Assembly: GCA_002633005.1 (NCBI GenBank)
Contig: NMRA01000224.1
Coordinates: 185,988 to 249,987 of the forward strand
Length of the DNA stretch: 64,000 bases
Direction of reading: 5' to 3'
DNA from: Phoronis australis
Taxonomy: Eukaryota > Animalia > Phoronida
Position 1 is the first letter of the stretch; every line of letters starts with the position of its first letter. The notes beneath the pieces were generated by a model. It saw only the letters and a list, made by a program, of their open reading frames with translations, was not told where the DNA came from and did not search any database. A program made the position numbers and the translations under genes. This document shows positions 40,301 to 52,895 of the stretch, piece after piece.

Positions 40301-40984
40301 GTCCATTGTTTTACCTGCAGAAGATGCCCAGCAAGAAGCAAGGGGTGCAGCCCCCCTCTGTACAGGTGAAACAACAGGTGATAATGAAAACCTCTGACGC
40401 ACTTCACAAGAATGCTATCACACCAAGTTAAAACTTGTAGACATAAATTTCAGTTAAGATTATGCAGGACTCTAGAAAATTTCCACCAAACTTGCCTAAA
40501 TTTGAATTAACATACCTCAGAAACGGTCGATCACATTTACACCAAACTGTCATATACTATGACCTATACACTTTTTTCCTTCAGTTTTTAAAATGTTCCA
40601 CTTTTGCATGAGGGACAATCAAAATAGGGCTTTCGTGACTTCAAGGACAAACTAAAAAATGCTTAAAACAAAAATAAAACAATTTAAAAACTACAGTATT
40701 TATGAGAGTTCATCTTGAACATTTACATGAGTTGAAATTTGGTCATGTTATTGACTACCGTTGTTTGTCTATGAATGTACTGTCTTTATTTTTCTAAAAA
40801 GACCAGGCCATGCGACAAAGTTCATGACAGATTCATATAAAGTCAATCACAAAATTCTACAGGCTTTCTTCATTCAAAACTTTTATACTTTTTGTGAGAT
40901 GAAATCTATAGTTCTGATAAGTCATTTGGCTACAAACCATGAGACAAAAACTGCCTCGCTATAAGCCATACATAGCGCTGTCTT

Positions 40985-41655
40985 AAAACCCTACCACTGG
41001 TATGGAACACCTAAAAACCTACCACTGGTATGGAAAACCTAAAAACCTACCACTGGTATGGAAAACCTAAAAACCTACCACTGGTATGGAAAACCTAAAA
41101 ACCTACCACTGGTATGGAAAACCTAAAAACCTACCACTGGTATGGAAAACCTAAAAACCTACCACTGGTATGGAAAACCTAAAAACCTACCACTGGTATG
41201 GAAAACCTAAAAACCTACCACTGGTATGGAAAACCTAAAAACCTACCACTGGTATGGAAAACCTAAAAACCTACCACTGGTATGGAAAACCTAAAAACCT
41301 ACCACTGGTATGGAAAACCTAAAAACCTACCACTGGTATGGAAAACCTAAAAACCTACCACTGGTATGGAAAACCTAAAAACCTACCACTGGTATGGAAA
41401 ACCTAAAAACCTACCACTGGTATGGAAAACCTAAAAACCTACCACTGGTATGGAAAACCTAAAAACCTACCACTGGTATGGAAAACCTAAAAACCTACCA
41501 CTGGTATGGAAAACCTAAAAACCTACCACTGGTATGGAAAACCTAAAAACCTACCACTGGTATGGAAAACCTAAAAACCTACCACTGGTATGGAAAACCT
41601 AAAAACCTACCACTGGTATGGAAAACCTAAAAACCTACCACTGGTATGGAAAACC
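40985..41655. repeat. 28-bp minisatellite (aaaacctaccactggtatggaaaaccta), ~24 essentially identical copies
   Basis: Head-to-tail with no spacers. Confidence 0.97.
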
Positions 41656-43269
41656 GCTGCTGTGGTTAGAATTACAAAATTTCCATGACATTACACAGAT
41701 TGTTTTGTGGCTGGATTCCCCAACACACACTCTAATTTCAACTGGTCTGAAGTGATTCCCAACCAACTGGTCTCAAGTGAGTAGTAACATTTCTGCAAAA
41801 GGATGACACTAAAATAGTAATTACCTCAAGGAGTATTCTGGGTAGTTGTAAAAAAAGCACTCAATAATACAAAATGTTGCAAGACACATCAGTTCAAGAA
41901 ATGTTTCGTGAATAAAATACATACACCACGAAATCTCATTCGGAAGATAATTCATACTTTGAATAACCCTAATTAAAAAGGAGAAAATTCTCAAATTGCA
42001 AGTGGCCTCCGTAACAGCAAAACATCAAGAGTGTGAAAACTAAGACTCGCGCTTCAAACGCTGTACCAACTGAAGAAAAATACCACCAGTTAACTCAGGG
42101 ACCCAGTGTTAAATTTCTTTTCAAACTAACAGAAAGTGGAAGCAGATGGAACAGGGAAGGAAGTGGATCACCAGATGGCAGTGGCGACAGTTAGCTGGCA
42201 GCAAGACAGACAGTCAGTTGGCAAGCATTATACAAGGCCAGAGAACCAACAATGTTGAGGGTTCACAAAGACTTTGTGATCATTATTAGACAATCAGATT
42301 AACTGGATGGCTCTTATAAACTATGAGTTGTCAGCAGTTGACAAGATGGAATCAATACCAAATCTGCGCTCATTTCCAGGAGCCAATTGACAACAAGCTA
42401 AAATGACAGGAAATAAAATAACCAGAGGATATAATGTTGGCCAGACAGCCCAAAAGAAATGCGATTTCTCATCGAATCAGAAACACAGCTTGATATGTGT
42501 AAATTGGATAAACAGCCCACTAATGTTTCGCCGGGGTTCCTCCACAAGAGGGGGTTGGTTAAAAAAGCCATAATATCATGACATCCTTTGAGTGAAATAA
42601 CTGTATTCAAGCATTGTCGTGTTTCCTGGAAACATGATGACATACATAACATGCATTATGAGATTTTTTGGTATTTTGCGACCACAATTTAGGCTCACAG
42701 TGGACTTAGAAGCACCGAACTATCTCTTTGTTGCCAGACAGTCATTTAACAAGTATTGACCAAGTTCATTCTGGGTATTCCATTTGTATATTTTTCATCA
42801 TTTTGTATTTTTTGTATTATCTCGGATGGGCATTTAGTTGGTTTGAATGCTTTCTTGGAAAAGAATCCCTTTTAAGGAGAACCCCCCGGAAAAGTTCAGT
42901 TTGAAGCAGACGAACTGAACACACTGGAACAGAACAGCTGACATTCCAAACATGGAGAATGGCATAAAAAGGTGGTCACATTCTTTGACATAACCCAAGG
43001 CTGAAGTGACATTGTTGAAGTGAAACAGGAATCAAGCACCCAAAAATATGAGCAGAGTACAAGAACTGCAGATTACTGTAGTTTCCCCAAATTCAAACAA
43101 AAATGATTGCCAAAATTGTCATGTTCCATTTCTAAAATTCTCACAGCATTGTGAAAAATTCTCAGAATTCTATGATCTATTTCCTGCACAATATGAACTG
43201 CACAAATAATGCAATAAGAACACAAATGCATCACAAATGGTGTGCTTTTAGAGTTGTTTATTTGTATCA

Positions 43270-44305
43270 TTGAAATGGCCACTAAAAGGCGCAAAATAAG
43301 TCAAATCCATCTGAAAAACAGAAAATGTCATCGTTTCTTTAAAAGAAAGCTATTTACCACATTTCATTAAAATTCGTCGAGGAACTTCAGAGAAACAGAG
43401 TAAAACGAAAAAAATGAAATTGCCACTAGGGGCACGGTGTTCGTCGGATCTGTCTAAAAGTCATCGTCTTCTCTTGATAACTTCATATAAATACACGTGC
43501 TAAATTGAATAAAGATCCTGCAGAGGGCTTAGGTATGGGTGCAAAAAACAAAACAGCCACTAGGAGGTGCCACAGCAGTTGAAGTCATCGGAAAATCATT
43601 GTCAATCGTCCCCTTTCATAGAAAGTACATTCATGCCAACTTTCACAATAATCCTTAGAGCGGTTTGGTTGACAGAGGGAAGGATGCCAAAAACAACAAA
43701 AATGGCCACTAGGTGGCGCAAACTAAGTCGAATCGATTCGAAAACGAGAGGATAGCATCATCTCATTAATTGATGTCTATGTGCCAAAATTTATGGAAAT
43801 CCGTGGAGGACTTTTGAAGATACAGAGGTAAACGTAAAAAACTAAAATTGCCACTAGGGGACACACCGGTACATCGATCTGTCCAAAAGTAGTCGACATT
43901 TGTTGTCAACTTCATATAAATATATTTGCTAAATTTAAGAAAGATCCTGTAGAATGTTTAGGAGATACAGCCATGGACGCAAAAACAAACAAACTGCCAC
44001 TAGGAGATGAAACAGTAGTCGAAGTCGTCCGAAAATCATCGTCAACTGTTTCCTTCATAGTAAAAACATACATGCCAATTTTCACAATCATCCTTTGAGT
44101 GGTTTGGTTGTTAGCGGGGTGGACGCCAAAAAAAGACTTGAAAATAGTAAAAATGGCCACTAGATGGCACAAAATGCCTCGAATCCATCTGAAAACGCGA
44201 GGATAGCATCACCTCATTAATAGATGCCTATGTGCCAAATTTCATGAAAATCGGATGAGAACCATTGAAGACGCAGAGGCGAACGTAAAAACTACAATTG
44301 CCACT
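43270..44305 (+). repeat. Satellite-like array of ~135-160-bp units with a ~430-450-bp three-unit higher-order repeat, each unit carrying gccactagRKggc
   Basis: Motifs at ~43279, 43422, 43556, 43705, 43850, 43996, 44156 and 44300. Units three apart are most similar (e.g. ggatagcatca.ctcattaat at 43750 and 44200). Confidence 0.85.
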
Positions 44306-44701
44306 TTAACTTTGCACTCCAAACAGTACAGTGTTTGTTTGCGTTGGTTTTGTGATCAGCTGCAACACCAGAATCTTGCAATGAATTATCTCCTTATCAT
44401 GTTGAACATCAGTATAGCCTGGGTAAACCATGGTCATGTGACTTGGTAAACAACCACAACGTCCCCCCACACACACATCACCCAGTCAAGTGAAGCATAG
44501 TTTGGAACGGATTTGCTGCCGAATAAATAAACATTCAACAGTTCACTAACCTTGTCCAAGATAACAGCATAAGTAAATGACACCATTTTTAAAGTTCCTT
44601 TGTCCAGACTACATCCCACAATGAAATTTGCAAAGCACAATAACTGCTTGGAACTCAGCACATTTCAAACCATTCCAAGTGAAGCTACTTTCAAGCAACT
44701 T

Positions 44702-44811
44702 GAAAGCTTATTTGAAATAAACATTAATGACCTACATTGAAGCATCTACATTTACTATAAATGTAGATGCTTCAATGTAGCTTCATTAATGTTTATTTCA
44801 AATAAGCTTTC
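44702..44811. repeat. Near-perfect long palindrome (~53-bp arms, 3-nt loop)
   Basis: gaaagcttatttgaaataaacattaatga...tacattta-cta-taaatgta...tcattaatgtttatttcaaataagctttc. Confidence 0.92.
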
Positions 44812-47800
44812 GGGTATTCTGTGTAGTGTTATATAAATCCATTTTACCTCGTTCCTTCCCAAGATTAAGTGATTTTTCCTTGTTCTTGAGATCAGGGACT
44901 CATCTCGCATTTGAAAAGCGGGGGTCCAAATTCGTGATAATAAAAAGAACATTCATCCAAGGTGAGGCACAACTCATTAGTTGGTCTGTGTAGGTTACCC
45001 AGTCGCAAAACATTCAAAAATGAAAATGCAAAACATCAGGATCGAGGCCACAACACTTAGAACTCCCTGACATTGTTTCATGAAATAAAATGGGAAATAA
45101 GGAGTAAATCGTGTTCAAAAGCACAAAAATATTGGATAAAATGTCAATTCTGCTACACATCGAAAAGTGGGACATTTTGATGGAGAGGCAAGATGTGGCA
45201 CGAAGCTTTAAAAAGCAAAACGATCCCGCCAGAAGCAAGACTGTTGGCTAGTATACGGCTGCGACATTAAGTTCACTTCTCAACACTGCAGAATGAAAAA
45301 GCACAAAATTTGGAAGCAGGATAACAAGAGAAGACTATGGCCGCCACAACCATCATGGTCACCATGACGACGGCATTTATTTCTTCGGTCGTAACTGTGA
45401 AATGCAAAAAGAAAATAAGGGTGGAAAGTATAGTTAAGCCAGAATTTATGCAACCACGCATAAACACAATGTTGATATATGTATATATCACCGTGTACGT
45501 CAAAAAGTATGCCATTCTGATGCTGCGGCGGTATGTGAAAGTAGCTTCAAGAACCGGGATGATCCTGCAGTTGGCAACTTTGATTTAGGCAGTGAAAGCA
45601 ATGAGAATATGCTGGTGCCTAAAACAAACACTAGGTGTCACTTTAGTCCCTTCATCGCAGGCACTTTCGAGACTTTCGAGTTTATTCAAAAACGGAATAC
45701 CATACCTCTCATTTCTAGACTTACCAAGAGCGCTGTGGAGCAGAATATTGTATTCAGACGAGAGTTTGCAGGAGAGGAAAGTTTAGAGAGTACACCCCTG
45801 TAAGTGAATTTCAGTCTGTTGCTGTCAATGTTCTTAAACAGGACTCAAAGGGAAATGTTCACTGTTTCTGTGTAACACATTGAATACACATCAACACTTC
45901 ACCACTGTGCTTATATGAACAAGCAAAGCAGCTCATCAAAAGTCAATTTTTAAATAAACTTATTCTGTTCAATAGCCAAACAAATGGACAGTTCAAGTTA
46001 AATTAAGCATAAGAAATTGTGGGTTGGAGGCATTAATCTAGTTCCATGACTCATTGCACATCTATGACTTTATCAGCTTATGATTTATATCAAAATGACA
46101 AGACTTCGCAACAACCCAGCTACCCTGACTGTTCGCAGCAGCCAGCACTGGACAACACAAATATGAGTTTAGAACTCATTCATCATCAACCCGGTCTCAT
46201 TCAGACATAAGATTGAAAACCTCCAGCAACTGATCTTTTGGAGATAATTTTTGTTAAAACTGGAAGGAACATGTAGCCCCATGTTTCATAGGGCTCATGC
46301 ATGACAATTTTTCAATGTTTTCCCATTCTAGGTAATATCCAGTATGACACACTTAACAACACAGGGAAGAAGCAGTGTTCTGCACATACACTTTCCAAAA
46401 CATGGACTGCTTTGGCGAGCACGCAGAAAGCTGCTCCCGATACCAGCAACACGAATACAACTCTACACTAGTGCCCCCTTAAGGCAAAGCTTTGGTTAAC
46501 AGCACTTGGTTAACCAACAGCCACGGGGCTTTTTGTACCAGTTTGGTTAACCAAAACAAAATCTGCTTTCCAGTTAATATCCGAAGGTGTTAAACAGAAA
46601 ATGAACAATTCGACGACATAAAAATTCAAGATTAATTTGCATGTCATTTAAACTGTTTTAAAAGACAGTTTTGTATATGCAAGAATCGTGTGAAGGAAGT
46701 TAGTGTGATCACATTCTTCGCTTGTAATGCATGGTTATAGTTCAAAAAGTGCTGTGTGATCTTGCATTTTTGGAAGGTTTTGGCATCTAGAGGGCATCCA
46801 CGTGGGCCAGCTGACATCTGCTTTTATAATCACTACACTGAAGTGATCACTCTCACCCCCTGTAGAGGGCACCTGAGTAGACCAGCAGACCGAGGCCACG
46901 TCTGCTCTTCTCATTAGTGTACAAGATAGTACAAGCACAACTTTTTGAGCTTTTTGTTATCACTACAAATATCTGCTAATAATTGGCTTGATTTATTCCC
47001 TGCAAATGTCTGTCTATTTTCCCAAACCAGTGACCCTAAGCCTGGCTAATAGGCGCAAAAAACCTCAAGCATCTGAACTATTCCCACTGGGTCAGTTCAG
47101 CAGGATTTTTTAAGCAAGACTTCATGCCCAGAGACAGTGATACTCTGGTAGAAAGAGGACATACACAGGGATTATTTCGCCACTTCAAGACCAGAGAAAA
47201 TCATCTCCATACACGTTTTAATTACTAAGCCACATTGATTTTGCTGACAGCTTTATTTTTTACAAAAAAAATAAGAGGATGTTATTCAGACAAACAAATG
47301 TTTAGCTTTTCTTTGGTAATGAGACATTTCCTTACAAAAAGTGATGATATGACTGTGTGATGTTGCAAGGTTCAGAAAACAGTTGTGTTTGCAATAACAC
47401 AATAAAGCAGCATGTATGTTGTTACTAAAAATAATTGATCCCAAACCATTAATCCACTCCCATGCAGTCTACAGCAATGCATTATGGGAACATCACATAC
47501 CTTCAATGAGTGAAGTAAGGGCAAAATCATTCTTTTCACATATTTTTCGTTAAATTCAAATTCACAAGAAGTTTAGGATGAGCCATCACTAATGAGACTG
47601 CATATGATAAAACACCAATGTTTTGTATTTTCTACTAGAATTAAATTAGTAGAAGCAACGAATACCATTTTAATAAAACAGTCGCTGTTGGATACATAAA
47701 GAAAGTCCCCTGAAAGACCCAAGAGGGTTTTTGCTACACAGATACAGAATGATTCATAAAACAGCATTATTGATTTTACTCGAACAAAACATAGCTTCCA

Positions 47801-49653
47801 CCATTGATTAACAGTTGGCTTAGTTTGGACAGAATCGCTTAAAAACGTTCATCAAAAGATTTCCACAGTGAGATGACACTTGAGCTAGAACAAACATTGT
47901 TCAGTTGGTGAGATGGGTCATTGAAGAGCTCTGGCTATTCACAAAGAATGGAGAAAACACGACACACTATCTGCTAGGAAAGGGAGCAGTGCTTAACGAA
48001 ATATGTACAATGGCAAAATCTCACTAATTTCGAACAGAAATATATGCTAAAACTTTTTTTTTTCGTTTTCAAAGTCTCCTAACATTGTTGCCAACGCTCA
48101 CAATTTCCCAAAGTATTGCGCGGTGCACAAATTAAAGATTGATTTATTTTATGCCACCTAACTTTTACAAAAATGTGGAAAAGAAAAATTTCAATAATCC
48201 ACCGTATTGTGTCCCAAAATGGTGAGGTTTTACCGCATGTGGGGTGTTGTGTGAAAAACTGAGGTTGCGCTGAGGATGTCGAAGGAAAAATCCATAATAC
48301 TGGGAGTAACCAACCAATCAACTAACAAAGTTGATGAATTGAATAAATAACGAGTAGCCGACTGAGTCGAGGAAAAGAGATTAAAATGTCCAAACACACG
48401 CCCTATGACACAGTTCACCAAGTTGTGCATTCTGGTCTGACAATGGCATTCGTGTGTATTATTACTTAATTTTGGTTTTTAAACTTGTTTCGCTTTGATC
48501 AGACCACTAACGATAACAGTTGCCTTCAGAGCACGTTGTTACCATGAAAAATACTTTCATGATTCGATTCAGTTACTTCAACTGCCAGGTGGTAACCTCT
48601 TCGTCACCATCAACCCTTCGCAGATGGAGGGAAAGGGCACATTTAACAAATTGGATAGTGGAAAGCCTGTCATCGGAAACCGGATGAAACCAGTTGATGA
48701 AAACTGAGAACGTACGCCTACATTTACAGCCAACAGGTGGCGACGTTACACACATCTCAAAACATAAAACGTTAATTGTTTTGATATTTAATTATTTTAA
48801 GCTGATCAAACATGACATATGAGTGTTTCATACGCGACAGTCTAATAGCAATGCATCAGAATCCTACAAAACTAACTCATTCTAGGAGACAAAGACACAA
48901 AACAAATTACCTTTAAATTCGCTCTTCCAGGATTCAGTTCTGAAAAAATGGTAACGATTATTAAAAGTATGAAGTGTTCTCAATTTAACATATTAAATTA
49001 AAACCTTCCATCAAAACTAGCTTCTAGACTTGAGAGGCAATGGCAACGCTTCTGTGGTATATATTTTCAAAACATTTTATAATGCTAGAAGCCAAATCAG
49101 ACAAATAGAGATGACAGCCTGTACAGTGCCTGCTGTTGTAATGTTTGCTACACAAGAAAACTCAGAGCTAAAGTTTTCTCAGAATCCAATCTCTCTCGCA
49201 CTTCATGATCGAAAACATTGAAGGGATTTGGCACAGTTGGCCTAATAATCTTAGTCTAACTGAACAATGAACGTAAATTAATGATGACATATTTGACATC
49301 TCATGAAATAAAAATCATACCTTTGATATTTCTTCTTAAATCATTCAAAACCTGAAAATAAAGCATGATCTTTGAAAACAATCTGACCAATTTTCTATAT
49401 CATATTGTAAAAATCACAAAATTTCAGTCGTAACAAACCATAGTTCTTGAGTTTGATGAATGGTGTCGCCACTATACTGAAGAACAAGAACAAATCACCA
49501 TAAATCTGTACTTGGTGATTTCAATTCTGATACAACAAACAATCAGAGATTGATCAATATTAGACCATCCAGAAGATGATTGTTTCTTACAAAAGCAGGC
49601 CACCATCATGGACTCTACTCAGTGAGATGGATTACATACAGCATTGGGGGTAA

Positions 49654-49798
49654 CATGGGTGGCGCAGCACTGAAAAAAGTGGGGCTATAGCCCCCCCCCC
49701 AAGCCCCCATGGTGCAACGCCCACAGACCATGGGCGGCGCACGCACTGACAAAAGTGGGGGACTATAGCCCCCAGATCCTTATGGTGCACCGCCCATG
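49654..49798. mobile_element. Tandem dimer of a ~70-bp miniature TIR element
   Basis: catgggYggcgca...ggtgcaMcgccca(tg) occurs twice, with shared core cactga.aaaagtgggg.ctatagccccc. Confidence 0.65.
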
Positions 49799-50095
49799 GA
49801 TAAGGTTTCATTGATATGACATTAAAAATTGATTTTTGCTCACTCTAACATCTTGATGAAAATCAAACATTAAGTTTTATTTCACGTTTAACACATTTTA
49901 TTAATCTAGCAACAACAACCTAACATTTGGTGAAAATTCGAGAATTTCTAGCGTTAGAAAGAGTTTGCAAAATAGAAAAATAATTAGAATAATTTTCTGT
50001 GAATAACTGAACAAGTTAGCGTCTAGTCAAAAGGAACTTATTTATTACAACTGCACTTCAATAATCTTAATTTTCAAGCCACATTGGGATCCATT

Positions 50096-50494
50096 GCCCT
50101 GTTGCATGAAACAGTTCCAAATAGGGACTTAACTGAGTTCCCTAAATCTACTGCGGATTTGTGGGCTTGTGAAAACACCGATTGTCCTTTCTTATGTTGT
50201 TTTAGTCTCATTTTTGGCTTTGATACACACCCAGAGTAAACTCTAGATTGAATTCTCAATATCATTGAACATAAACAGTAGGAATTTTTTCATGCAACGT
50301 CCCTAATTAAAGGACAAGGTCCCAATTATTTTGATTGAATTAAGGGCTCAACTTTTAGTTAGATTATAAAAAATGTCATTAGTCAAACAGGACCTCATAA
50401 TAAAGATAAAAATATAACATCCAATGAAACAAATATGCAAAAGATTTAGGGAACGTAGGTGAGTCCCATTTTGGGACTGTTTCATGCAACCGGG
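50096..50494. mobile_element. MITE with terminal inverted repeats
   Basis: gccctgttgcatgaaacagt.ccaaa at the left end and ttttgggactgtttcatgcaaccgggc at the right end. Confidence 0.7.
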
Positions 50495-50614
50495 CACATG
50501 ATCCCAGTCAACTCAGACTCGGACTCAGACTTGAAATATAACCAACCGCAGATTTTACATGAAGCACAACTGTCTAACTTTCCAGTCTAGTTGAGTACAG
50601 AGATTAGACATCAG

Positions 50615-51133
50615 AAGCGTGTTCAACAGCGCTAGCGTGTACTCGCGAACACAAGGAACAGCTCCTGAACAGCTGTGAGCGCTCACTGTGCGATCCATTA
50701 TGGCGACTCTGAAGCAGATTGTGTTGAACGTCTTAGCCGATGAGCTTAACACCAACAGTCCTTCCTATGGCGTACTGAGCGATGACTATGATTAATCTTT
50801 GCCAATATTAATATTGGCAGCCCAAGAAAACTATGAAAGCTTTGGAACGACAAGAATCGAAAATTACATCGAGGAAACTGTTCCTCGCTACAGTGACCCG
50901 CAATTTAAATCGCACTTTCGGATGAGTCAGTCAACTTTTGAGGTTAGTTTTCGTGTTGCAGAACCATAATGGGTTCCTATGTTGCAGACGTGAAGCCTTC
51001 GCAGGACGCCACCTTGGAAACCTAAGCGAACATGCTCTCGAGGTTGTTTGCGAGCGCTCGCGAACGCGAACACAGCTGTTCAGGACGAGGGCGCTCAAAT
51101 CGCTCGTGGGCGCTCACTTTATTGAACACGCTT
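50615..51133 (+). mobile_element. Internally deleted PIF/Harbinger transposon retaining a transposase 5' fragment
   Basis: TIR aagcgtgttcaa...ttgaacacgctt with 3-bp CAG TSD. From ATG 50700 the frame, with one TAA, reads ...RIENYIEETVPRYSDPQFKSHFRMSQSTFE then a GT donor (50943), a typical HARBI1/PIF N-terminal motif. Confidence 0.85.
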
Positions 51134-52692
51134 CAGGGCCAATGTGGTCAGCAGTCTGCATAACAGCACACCTGTGACACTAGCTATGGTCAGTTAGTGG
51201 CTGCATATCAGGTCCAACACAATACCCTATCCATTCAAACACAGAGCCTTAGGTCATGAGATCAAGATAAGGAGGGATAGCTGTGATCTATGGGAAGTCA
51301 CTTATACAAAACTATCAACAGGTCAACACAGATTCATAATGGCATGCACCTCAAGACTCCAGAACCAAGCTGCGGCCCATCACCTGCCACTCACAGAAAA
51401 GGTCAACAATTTCAGTGTACGGCAAAAATCTTTAGTTCGGGAAACAAAACAGCGGACAGGTGAAATGTCATTTTGTCAAATTTCTCAAACAAATTCAGGA
51501 AAATCTACTTTGCTTTTTAGCCTGGTTTGTTTGACATAAGTTGTAGAGCTCTGTTACCAAACAACTTGTGCAACAACAAGGCAAGACTGTGAAAAATAGA
51601 AATATGGCAGTTTTAGAAATTATTTTTGTCCCAAATTGAAGAGACTTCACTGTACTCAGTTTTCAAACTCCAGTTTTTACTTGGTATTTCACATCACTAC
51701 CGGGAGCACTAGAAATATGCTAAATACCATCATAGATTACAGACAACAGACTCACAACTCCGACATTTTCTTGCATAGTATCCTAGAGGAGGCACCACTC
51801 TCCTAAATTACCAATTTCAGTTTCCGGGAAATTCTTGCATCTATTTTACCGTCCAGTACAACGAAAAAAAAATATGTCGGCATTAAAACGCTGTTCAAAG
51901 TCTTCCAATAGTACAACTGTTGGTATCGTCCGTACTTTTGGCAACCCAACCACACGACAGCCAACCGTGATTAGCAGAAGACGGAAGTAAAACTTGCTAA
52001 TTTTGCCAGGTGTCGCTATTGAATAGTGACGTCATGGCTTATGTGTAAGATCACAGATTTTGTCTATTGATATTATACGGAGTTGGCGGTCCATGGTACT
52101 ATTAGTCTGTGATACCATGACAAATTTTGACAGCATGACTCTTGCTAGATGTGAATAGACGGGTAATGATGGTTACGTGCATGAAAAAGACTACAGTTAT
52201 GCAATAATGCATTAGCTAGGACCAGTATCTATTTTACTCCCAGTGCATTAGTCATTTCAGAAATGGAAAAACGTCTCTTTAAGGAATTATTAAGTCTGAA
52301 ATTGGTGAATCTTCGTGACAAAGCTGTAAAGACTTGTGCCGTTTTTAACTATGGTAAATAGCTCAAACAACCCTAGGTTGTATCAGACAGTCACCAGAGA
52401 CAGGAATCAGTCTAGCTTGAGGCCCAGGACATTAGCTTCAACTAAATCATATGCAATTGAAAGAGGGACCACATAGCAATCAGTTGACTCTATACCTTCA
52501 TAATCTACCAATTGGCCCATGTCAACAGACCCCTTTACAATGCACATACACTTGCAGTGGACCATATAGATCTAGTTTTACCATTAAGTTTTACTTGACT
52601 GGGTCTCCACATTATAACACCTCAGGCCATCAACTAAGACTCAAATCTCAAGGTAATAACCTGCTTACCTTGCAAAGAGTCTAGAATCCCTA

Positions 52693-52895
52693 AATACACA
52701 TTTATCCATACAATACACATTTATCCATACAATACACATTTATCCATACAATACACATTTATCCATACAATACACATTTATCCATATAATACACATTTAT
52801 CCATACAATACACATTTATCCATACAATACACATTTATCCATACAATACACATTTATCCATACAATACACATTTACACATACATAATACACATTT
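52693..52895. repeat. 19-bp minisatellite (aatacacatttatccatac), ~10 copies
   Basis: Direct periodicity. Confidence 0.95.

Noticed and set aside
40985-41655. 28-bp repeat as a CRISPR array
   Set aside because: Units are head-to-tail with no unique spacers, there are no cas genes, and the context is eukaryotic. The same applies to the arrays at 25485, 20583 and 52693.
51980-52035. ETS-like CGGAAGT and CRE TGACGTCA as a promoter
   Set aside because: Isolated short motifs with no linked exon; insufficient support.
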